Below are positions 54,699 to 64,000 of a stretch of DNA of 64,000 nucleotides, piece after piece. Positions within the stretch are counted from its first letter, which is position 1. The number at the start of each line of letters is the position of its first letter. A program made the translations under genes and the position numbers. The stretch comes from Octopus vulgaris (taxonomy: Eukaryota). The DNA is taken from NCBI GenBank assembly GCA_951406725.2, contig OX597817.1:59830001-59894000 (forward strand), read 5' to 3'. The notes under the pieces were generated by a model. The model made no database searches, was not told the origin of the DNA, and worked only from the letters and a program-made list of their open reading frames with translations.

Positions 54699-54840
54699 GC
54701 ATTTAGGTGCAGGAGTGACTGTGTGGTAAGAAGCTTGCTTCCCAACCACATGGTTCCAGGTTAGTGGAACTGAACCTGGAACCATGTGGTTGGGAAGCAA
54801 GCTTCTTACCACACAGTCACTCCTGCACCTAAATGCTTAT
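54695..54840. repeat. Perfect 68-bp inverted repeat with a 10-nt spacer, made from a SINE head
   Basis: 54695-54762 is the exact reverse complement of 54773-54840. Confidence 0.95.
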
Positions 54841-55835
54841 AATTACTTTTATTGTAGCACCTTGGGCACATTTCTTCTATTGGAGCCTTAAGCCGACCAA
54901 AGCCTTGTGAGTGGATTTAGTAGACAGAAACTGAAAGAAGCCTATCGTGTATATATATAAGTATGTGTGTGTGTGTGTGCGTGCCTGTGTGTTCCCCCAC
55001 CATTGCTTGACAATCGATGTTGGTGTGTTTACGTCACTGTCACTTAGTGGTTCAGCAAAAGTGACTGATAGAATAAGTTCTGGGCTTAAAAGAATAAGTC
55101 CTGAGGTCGATTAGTTCAACTAAAGGCAGTGCTGTAGCATGGCCACAGTCAAATGACTGAGACAAATAAAAGAAAACAATAAAAAAAATTAAGATATTAA
55201 AATACAAATGAATGGTACAAAATATTTCAGTTGTATTTATAAATGACTTTAGCTGACTTGAACTTAGGTTTACTAAACGCTCTTTAGAAAGTGTCCCCTG
55301 TTATAACCTCTTACTGACCAAAGCCTTGTGAGTGGATTTGAAACTGAAAGAAGCCCATCATGTGTGGGAGCGTTTGTGTCTCCTTGTCTTGACATCACAG
55401 GAGAACTGTAAATGAATGTCATTCATTTCCATTATTCTGCAAAAACATGTCCAGCCGAGGTGGGGGTCTTACCTTGATGAGAAGTGAGTGAGGGTTGGCG
55501 ACAGAAAGGGTGGCTGACGATAGAAAAACCTGTCTTAATGAACTTCTTCCAACTCTTACAAAAACAGGAAAATGGACATCAAAACGGTGATGTGGATTTG
55601 TAACTGGTAAAATTGACCCCAATATGTTACTGGTACTTACTGTATTAATCCCAGGATGATAATAAAATAAACTTTGATCCCAAAAGATTTTGAACTCAGA
55701 ATTTTTAGGAGGAGGAAATCAAACTGAACAAAGCATGCAGTTTGGTGCTTTAGTATTTTTGCTGCTTCTCTGTCTTGATTAGGTTAATTAATTAATTTTT
55801 AATTACTATATTGTTGATTTTTTTTTTTCTCTTAG

Positions 55836-56131
55836 GAACTTCTTTGGTATCTACCTCCTCAGAAAGACCTACAGTAGCTGGCTCCACATCCACTATCAGA
55901 AGTGTCCTAGCAAATTCCACTGTTACCACAACTACCATTTCCAGCCATCCCAATGCTACTGACCAGTCTAGTTCCCTGAATCAGTCCAGGACCGTCAGTA
56001 TGTCCACAAACTCTAGTCTGTCCAGTATCTCTACAACCACCAGTTCTTCCAATACTTCAAGTACCCCCAGTCCGGTCAGCATTTCTAGTATGGCTACAAA
56101 AAAAGATGTTACCTCTGGAACTAAAATTAAG
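55836..56131 (+). CDS. KIAA0319L: Exon of KIAA0319-like gene: Ser/Thr-rich mucin-like stalk (phase 1-0, 296 nt)
   Basis: Long polypyrimidine tract ending ttctcttag|, donor AAG|gtaaaa. Translates GTSLVSTSSERPTVAGSTSTIRSVLANSTVTTTT...KKDVTSGTKIK with five N-glycosylation sequons (NST, NAT, NQS, NSS, NTS). Confidence 0.82.
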
Positions 56132-56707
56132 GTAAAAACATTTTTCAGCCAAACTTAATTGGCAATTTAATTTAAAAAATTTTTTGTCTATTTCTAATTT
56201 TCCGTCAATGTCTATTTTCTATGGAAATGTAACATCAAATAGTGATGATGATGTTTGATTTGTGATGTTAAAATGTTGTACTGCACACTTAAAGATCATA
56301 AGTTCAAGAGAAAACGTGAAATACAAGAAAGTCTGATATGGTAAACAGTTCTCCTAAATGGAATTCCAATCAATTGTGGAAGAATTTGAGCCTAGTAACT
56401 GCTCAAATAAGGCAAATTCTAAAGCTTCATTATCTTGTTGCAATGTCATTGGACTGCTACCAAGCTGGAGTACCATCTTGAAGGGTTTCAGTTGAACAAT
56501 CACCACCAGGACTTATCTTTAAGTCTGATATTCATTCTATCAGTCGTATTTGGCAAATTGTTGGGTTACAGAGATGTAAACAAACCAACACTGGTTGTCA
56601 AGTGATGGTGGGGTGTGGGTGACAAACACACATACACAGCAGGCTTTCACTCAGTTTCCATTGATCACAAGACAATGGTTGGTCAAGGGCTGTAGTGATA
56701 ATGGTGG

Positions 56708-56964
56708 TGGGGCGAGCTGGCAGAAACATTAGCACACCAGACGAAATGCTTAGTGGTATTTCGTCTGCCGTTACCTTCTGAGTTCAAATTCCGCCAAGGT
56801 CTTCTTTGCTTTTCATCCTTTCGGGGTCGATAAATTAAGTACCAATTACGCACTGGGGTCGATATAATCAACTTAATCCCTATGTCTGTCCTTGTATGTA
56901 TAATCAACTTAATCCCTATGTCTGTCCTCTGTGTTTGTCCCCTTGTGGGTAATAAAGAAATAGG
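56708..56964 (+). mobile_element. Family B SINE with an internal ~36-bp duplication
   Basis: Same consensus; tataatcaacttaatccctatgtctgtcct occurs twice. Confidence 0.85.
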
Positions 56965-57024
56965 TATGGGGGTGGGGGCATGCGCTGTGACAGTGCATTG
57001 CTGCATTCATTATTTCTTGATGAT

Positions 57025-57447
57025 TCCAGGTAAGCAGGGTCCAACTTTGAAAACCAATCAACATGGCCAAATGGTCTGCGCTGATGCTCCCAAATTATAC
57101 AAGTAACGGGACGCATCTCTGTTTCTGAGTTGAGTCATTGTTTGGATACAAAATCCAAAGAATGGTGAGCCATAATCCTGCAAAATGTCCTGGAACCGAA
57201 GGAGTTCAGGTGACTTGCAAGAGCCCTGGACAGCGTCCAGGTCTCACAACTATGGAGCAGGACAAGAAGGATAAGAGAGTTAAACACCCAAGCCTTTGTC
57301 CTCTTGCTTAGATATCGGCAGCACCAAATACACTTGTTGAATTAGTCCACAATTGCACCAGCTTGTCCAAGTGTTTTTAGGACTTCAGACTCACAGCTAA
57401 TGCCACTATGAATCTCACTGCCAAGATAAGTGGAGCAGTCAACAAGT
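57025..57447 (-). mobile_element. Old RTE-clade LINE coding fragment
   Basis: Minus strand TYLGSEI...IWCCRYLSKRTKAWVFNSLI..VLLHSCETWTL...LNSFG...RIM...QRRPFGHV, with in-frame stops. Confidence 0.78.
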
Positions 57448-57573
57448 TGTTGTTGTTGTTGTTAGTCTACCAATTGTGTTTTCTTGTGGAACCAACAGCA
57501 AAGGGTTTACTCAGTTCTTGACAACAGCTAAGAGTCTTCTCAACCTGTACAAGCATAGAAAACTTATATTAGA

Positions 57574-58099
57574 CTAGCAGTATCGCCCAGCGTTGCTCGG
57601 GTTTGTAAGGGAAATAACTATATAAGCATTTTTAGAGAGTTATAGCAAAAAAATGCATTAAAAATGGAATAAAAAATGATGGTAATTTTTTTTTTAAATC
57701 GTAGACTCATGTAGACGCTTTCTTAGCCATTTCTGTTTTGGTGTCTTCAAGCCATGAAGTCGTTGTTCTAAAAGAACGCTGGTCTCCTTGACAACGCATT
57801 ACGACGTTGATTTCCTTACACTCCCTTCCCCACAGGTGCAGGTGTGAGCGTGGACGCCAACTCCGCCGCCATCGACACATGAAAAATTATGCATTAAAAT
57901 GGAATAAAAAATGATGTTAAATTATTTTTAAAATCGTAGACTCATCGTAGACGCGCGCTAATACTCAGACGGGCTCGATATGAATCACGACTATAAGATA
58001 CCCGAATTTGGTTAAACTGCACCGCAAAATGTGGGAGTAGTTAGGAATCTAAATCGAAGGGGACAGACACTCACACAACTACAGTTTTATATATATAGA
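57574..58099 (-). mobile_element. Complete non-autonomous Helitron-type element
   Basis: Minus strand starts TC (atctatatatataaaactgtag...) and ends with hairpin cccgagcaacgctggg plus CTAG. Inserted between A and T with no TSD. Internal ~60-bp duplication near 57654 and 57889. Confidence 0.85.
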
Positions 58100-58790
58100 T
58101 GATGGATATGAGCTCTGGTAAATGGATTGGAATTTGTGGTTTAGCTACACCTCCCATCATGAGAAAATTAATATGACATATAGTGGGTGTATCACATGCA
58201 AAGAAATTCTTCCAAACTCTTGGAATATTATTAGATCATTTGTCATCATCATCATCGTTGTTTAACGTCTGCTTTCCATGCTGGCATGGGTTAGATGGTT
58301 TGACTGAGAACTGGTAAGCCGAGAGGCTGCACCAGGCCCCAATCTGATTTGTCAAGGTTTCTACAGCTGGATGCCCTTCCTAACACCGACCACTCTGTGA
58401 ATGTGGTGGGTGCTTTTTATGTGCCACTGGCACAGGTGCCAATGGTAACGGCCATACTTGAATAGTGCTTTTTATGTGCCAGTCAGGTGGTACTGGCATC
58501 ATTGTCTAAATAAATTTATTGAAGACACTTTGAAAAAAAAAACAGAAATGGATGAAAGGGATGTGTAGACACTTGCCAGTTATAAAGTTTACAGCTTCTG
58601 TTAATCTATGGAATGAAGCTATCCTTATTAAATATTTAAGAACTGCAACCACAAATCCACAAATATGAGCAAATTATGAACCCTGAATCTTTTAATGGAT
58701 TGTTAACATCACATCCTACTCATTTTGCTATGCTAAGCATAAATGTTTGGATTCTGGTCCATTCAAAATATTTTCAAGTATTGCTGTGTA

Positions 58791-58950
58791 TTATTCAGGT
58801 CACTGCCTGGAATTGAACTTGAAATCTTGGGGTTAGTAGCCTGTGCTCTTAACCATTACACCATACTCCATGGGCAGGAGGGTATATCAGCCGAAACATT
58901 GTATTAACAACAAACAAGACAAGGACAAATATCCATCAAATGTAAATGAT
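58791..58950. mobile_element. 160-bp composite insertion: tRNA-like head (- strand) plus 5'-truncated hammerhead (+ strand), 13-bp TSD
   Basis: Direct repeat gtattgctgtgta at 58778-58790 and 58951-58963. Minus-strand 58875-58791 has A-box TGGTGTAATGG and B-box GTTCAATTCC. Plus-strand 58876-58910 reads AGGA gggu auauc agcc GAA acauugu A uuaacaa. Confidence 0.65.
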
Positions 58951-59719
58951 GTATTGCTGTGTAGTTTAGAAGTTTTGCGTTCTGTCCCTGTGTGTGTGGC
59001 AGTTTAGCTAAGTGTCTTTTGCTATGGCCCTGGGCTGACCAATGGCATGTGAAAGAATTTGGTGGGCAGAAATTGCAGGTATCAAAACTCTTACCATTAA
59101 ACCACACACCTTTAATCTGGAGAAAAAAAAGCAGGTATTGGTTGAATTAATGAGTGAATGGAAGCCAAGATATTGAATAAATATCATATCGCTTTGATGT
59201 TGTTTTTGTTTTACTCCAGGTCAACTTAAATCAAACAGTCCTATCCTCAAAAAGATCTTCCAGCTGTTACCATTTTGTCGTATTCAGACATTGTGTATTT
59301 AGGACTACGTTATTTTGTGTCTCATTCATTTTTTTAGACGCTATAAAATGCTTTCAGTGAGATCGTTAACAACTTGAACAACCTAACATAATCTTGCTCA
59401 TTATGTTTTGTAATGGCTTTCATGACATTTAATCCAAGTAAGCGCCACAATCTTATGTAATTTGCCTTAGTTTTAGGTTAAGAACAGAACAATTCTAAAC
59501 CCCAATTTAACAAGAAATCTCTTCACTAAAAATATATCTCCATATTTGAAAATATATTTTTATGATGTGTATAGGTGATTCGTTTAGCATAAATAATTGC
59601 TAACTCCAGGTGTTTTACCTTACAGAACAATCTTTAATGCTTATCATCATTATTTATCACTTCACAGTCACAACTGATTCAATCTACCCTAAAGGTGAAT
59701 AGCCATGTAGCTTCTGTTG

Positions 59720-60600
59720 GGACAAGTGAAATCGAAATTGAACCAAATTCGATGACTGGAATCCATGCCAGTGGAGCGCTAACAGCTCCATCCGAGCGGG
59801 ATCGCTGCCAGGGCAGCTGTCTGGCTTCTGTGCCTGTAGGCACGTAAAAAGCACCATTTGAACGGGATTGTTACCAGCGTCGCTTTACTGGCACGTGAAC
59901 AAAACATTCGGGCGAGGTCATTGCCAGTGCCGTTACACCGACTCCTGTGCAGGTGGCATGTAAAGAAACACCATTTCGAGCGTGGATGTAGCCAGTACTG
60001 CCAGACTGGCCCTCGTGCAGGTGGCACGTAAAAGCACCCACTGCACTCTTGGAGTGATTGGCATTAGGAAGGGCATCCGGTTGTGGAAACTCTGCCAGAT
60101 CAGATTGGAGCCTGGCACAGCCATCTGGTTCGTCAGTCCTCAGTCAGATCATCCAACCCATGCTAGCATGGAATGCGGTCGTTAAAGGATGATGATGATG
60201 ATATATATATATATATATATACACACTGTACTTGAGGAGACCTATTGAGTCAAGTACATCAACATCAAAACTCAAATGGAAATTGTAGTTGTGATACCTG
60301 TGCCGGTGGCACATAAAAAGCACTATCCAAACGTGGCCGATGCCAGCGCTACCTTGACTGGCTTCCGTGCTGGTGGTACGTAAAAAGCACCAACCGATCA
60401 TGGCTGTTGCCAGCCTCACCTCGCACATAAAAAGCACCCACTACACTCTTGGAGTGGTTGGCATTAGGAAGGGCATCCAGCTGTAGAAACACTGCCAGAT
60501 CAAATTGGACACTGGTGTTGCCTTCTGGCTTCCCAGACCCCGGTCGAACCGTCCAGCCCGTGCCAGCATAGAAAACGGACGTTAAACGATGATGATGGTG
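59720..60600 (+). mobile_element. Two tandem RTE 3'-end elements with arrays and (GAT)n tails
   Basis: Repeated GGTGGCACGTAAAAAGCACC units, ggcattaggaagggcatcc, and tails near 60185-60200 and 60585-60600. Confidence 0.85.
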
Positions 60601-61510
60601 ATATACATACCATCATCATTTAACTTCCATTGTCCCTGGGCTGGACAGTTTGACCAGGATTGACAATAGCTATGTGCTTCCTTGTCTTGTCATTGTATGG
60701 TAGTTGTAAATGAATGTCACATGCATACAGTAAGGAAACAGGTGAGGGTTGGCAACTGGAAAAGCACCCAGCTGTAGGGAAATCTGCCTCAATAAACTCA
60801 GTCGGACCCATGCAAGCGTGGAAGAAAGTGAATGTTTTTAAAACGATGATGATTATGACAATGAGATTGATAAGTTTTTATTTGCAATTCAGATCAGAAA
60901 ATATTTCGCTTCACAGATAACACAAGGTCAAAACCCTTAATTTTTAGATCTCTTTGACATATTTCTCAATTGTTTTCTTCTTTTTTTTCACATCTTATAT
61001 TTGACAAATAAAGGGACTCAGGACTGGTTTTAGTATTGAAGGAGCACCAAGCAGTAATAATATACTAATTTTGACATAAATTACCAACTAATTGACTTAA
61101 AGTGATTTGGTGGGGAGATGGGGAGGAACCAGTAAGTTTGGCAGGGACTCAGTTGTATGCCCATTGTGGTGTGAGGGCCTCAGTCATGATGTGCTCTCAT
61201 TGCTGAGTGGATCATCTTGAGCACTGTGTGCTGTTGATCATCTTCAGCATCATTCAGCCTTGTCTGCCTCACCCCACATCATTCTAGCTCTTAGTCACAC
61301 ACACACACACACTAAATATCACATACTCATACATGAGCACACATTCTCCTACTCACATGTGCACGCGCGCTCACGCACACACACACACACACTCACACAC
61401 ACATTACTAGAAATTCATGTAGGGGTTGTTTGTTTTGGTTTGGTAAAAATATTTCTCCAAGACGCCCCACCCCCCCGTACTCTAATAATAATGTTCTTCT
61501 AATCTTGTAG

Positions 61511-61571
61511 GTTACTACATCTCAGAATGCCACTGATTCCATAGTTACAACAACCAAAGCAGTGCCAATAT
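61511..61571 (+). CDS. KIAA0319L: Small exon of KIAA0319-like gene, Thr-rich linker (phase 0-1, 61 nt)
   Basis: Acceptor tcttgtag|, donor T|gtaagt. Translates VTTSQNATDSIVTTTKAVPI and exactly bridges the phase-0 end of the previous exon and the phase-1 start of the next. Confidence 0.82.
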
Positions 61572-61686
61572 GTAAGTACTTACCATTCTCTTGAAGTTGT
61601 TGGTCTGTTTGCATTCCACAGTGAAATGATAGGACAAGGTATGTGCATGTGTGTGTGTGTGTGTGTACAATTCGCACTTATACATA

Positions 61687-62090
61687 TACTCTTTACTCTT
61701 TTACTTGTTTCAGTCATCTGACCGCGGCCATGCTGGAGCACCGCCTTTTAATCGAGCAACTCGACCCCCAGGACTTATTCTTTTTGTAAGCCCAGTACTT
61801 ATTCTATCGGTCTTTTTTGCCGAACCGCTAAGTAACGGGGATATAAACACACCACCATCGGTTGTCAAGCAATGCTAGGGGGACAAACACAGACACACAA
61901 ACACACACACGCATATATATATATATATACGACGGGCTTCTTTCAGTTTCCGTCTACCAAATCCACTCACAAGGCTTTGGTCGGCCCGAGGCTGTAGTAG
62001 AAGACACTTGCCCAAGGTGCCACGCAGTGGGACTGAACCCGGAACCATGTGGTTGGTAAACAAGCTACTTACCACACAGCCACTCCTGCA
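61687..62090 (-). mobile_element. Full-length family A SINE
   Basis: Reverse complement of the 29494 copy with CpGs largely retained. Confidence 0.9.
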
Positions 62091-62339
62091 TGTGTCAAAA
62101 CTTGAAAATGTGTGTGTGTGCATGTGTACGCATGTGTATATAAACTCGCATTTGTATGTGTATAAAAAAAAGTATGTATATTTGTGTGTGTGTGCATGTG
62201 TACAAACTCACAAAGGTGTATGTGTGTGTATGCACAAAAGGTGTTGCTCCTTTCACCATCTGTGATGGCTATTCAGCTAGTTACATTTATCCCTTCGTAG
62301 TTAAAAGATTAAATCACAATCAAAAATGGAAATTATAAT

Positions 62340-62769
62340 TGTGGCCAATGCCAGTGTCACCTGACTGGTTCTCATACTGGTGGCATGCAATAGGCACCAT
62401 TCATGTGTGGGTCATTGCCAGTGCCGCCTGACTGGCTCCTCATGCCGGTGGCATGTAAAAAGCACCATCCAAATGTGGTCAATGCCAGACCCCTCGCCCT
62501 GACTGGCTCCTGTGCTGGTAGCACGTAGAAGGCACCATCTGAATGTAGCTATTGCCAGTGCTGCTTGACTGGCTCCTCATGCCGGTGGCATGTAAAAGGT
62601 ACCTGCTACACTCTTGGAGTGGTTGGCATTAGGAAGGGCATCCAGCTGTTGAAACATTGCCAGATCGGATTGGAGCCTGGTGCGGCCTCCTGGCTTGCCA
62701 GTCTCCAGTCAAACCGTCCAACCCATGCCAGCATGGAAAGCAAACATTAAACGATGATGATGATGATGA
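62340..62769 (+). mobile_element. RTE 3'-end element with four array units
   Basis: Same motif set and (GAT)n tail. Confidence 0.85.
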
Positions 62770-63689
62770 CAAGGCAGTGGTATTTGTTGTTATATTTTTG
62801 ATTCAGAGGAAGAAATGTGTGTGTGTGTGTGATGGTCTGTCCCACTGAGAATGATATACAAGCTTCCAGTTTGATCAGCAAAATTGTCTACTCATCATGC
62901 TCAGGTGGATTGCAACTGTGCCTCCCCTTGACATATTTCTCTTTGATGTGAATCTGAATAACAAAGTCTAGTGGATGGCAAGTAATGGATGCTGTACATG
63001 ATACATCACCATTTAATGTCTGTGTTCCTTTCTGGTATGGACTGGACACTTTGACCAGGATCTGACAGTTCCAAGCATGACATTGTCCTCTAGTTTCTGC
63101 TTTCGTTGGATGCCCTTCCTAATCTCACCAATCACTTTTCGGTGCTTTTTTTCATGGTACCATTGAGGTCATCATGCAGCTCACATGACGAAAACCCAAG
63201 GCAGGACGGGCAGTTTAGTAAAGTATTATGGGATGGAAGTAGGGGCGACTGGGGTCTTGTAGAGGGGCTACACAGCTGTTCACAGGGATGAGAATGATAC
63301 ATTCCTAATTTATTAAAAAGTTCCTCATCTTGGACTGATAGAAAACAAAGATTTGGTAAATCTTAGCAACTGTGAATGAGAAAGGGAGATAAATCCAGAA
63401 ATGGTGAACTTTTTTTACATGTATTTGGATTAGTGAAGACTTTGCCTTTTCTCTTTTGACACTTATTTTCATCTAAAATAAGACAATCTGACTGACAGAC
63501 AAATTTCCATTCACTAATATGTTATAGAACCACTGCACTGAGTCTTCTACCTGCGCATATGGCCTAATTTGACAGCTACACTGTTTCGATACTCAACATT
63601 CTTCAGCTAGATTTTTTTTCATTCAGTTGATGTCTACAGACATAATGTCTGTTTCTCAGCTTTTGACTTTTGCAATTCTTCTCTTCCAG

Positions 63690-63788
63690 TGCCTCCATTA
63701 AAAGTGTCTGCTGGCACCAACAAACGTCTGCAACTTCCCAAGAATGAAATTATTCTTACCGCATATGTTATGGATGAGCCATTAGAAG
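63690..63788 (+). CDS. KIAA0319L: Exon of KIAA0319-like (AAVR / dyslexia-associated protein family) gene: N-terminal part of PKD domain 1 (phase 1-1, 99 nt)
   Basis: Acceptor ctcttccag|, donor GAAG|gtaaat. Translates LPPLKVSAGTNKRLQLPKNEIILTAYVMDEPLEG, matching from memory the KIAA0319L PKD1 start (LVVSAGESVQITLPKNEVQLNAYVLQEPPKG). Probably co-orthologous to vertebrate KIAA0319 and KIAA0319L. The gene continues beyond the window. Confidence 0.9.
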
Positions 63789-64000
63789 GTAAATCAGATT
63801 TCAATTTTTCCTTGTTTGTATTTTTTCTTTTTAAATTAATGTTTTCACAGGTGCAGGCTGGCTGTGTGCTTGAGAAGTTCGCTTCCCTGTCATGTAGTTT
63901 TGGGTTCAGCCCCACTGCACAGCACCTTAGGCAGCTGTCTTCTACTATACCCCTGGGCCAACCAGTACATTGTGAGTGAAAGAAGCAGTGTGTTTATTGT

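Overview
AT-rich, repeat-dense animal genomic DNA. The SINE/RTE repertoire and microsatellite load suggest an Octopus-type cephalopod (inference; not checked against a database). The only host gene I can support is a + strand KIAA0319/KIAA0319L (AAVR)-like gene, seen as four phase-compatible GT-AG exons: an EGF-like exon (44828-45034), two Ser/Thr mucin-like exons (55836-56131, 61511-61571) and the start of PKD domain 1 (63690-63788). Its 5' exons were not found. The rest is intronic or intergenic transposon debris: three tRNA-derived SINE families, many RTE-LINE 3' ends with a ~66-bp tandem array and (GAT)n tails, decayed RTE and CR1/L2-type coding fragments, a Tc1 relic, a piggyBac relic with a matching MITE, Helitron-type elements, and a Penelope-like element (PLE) with inverted termini. 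The most interesting signal is a set of five unrelated small insertions carrying minimal type-I hammerhead ribozyme motifs, four of them in or beside (TA)n tracts. Several have non-canonical cores (U3-A8 covariant UUGAUAA; U4C CCGACGA), and two are in fold-back arrangements. One is fused to an inverted tRNA-like head inside a 13-bp target-site duplication. Most ORFs in the supplied track are spurious. All folding and alignment was done by eye.
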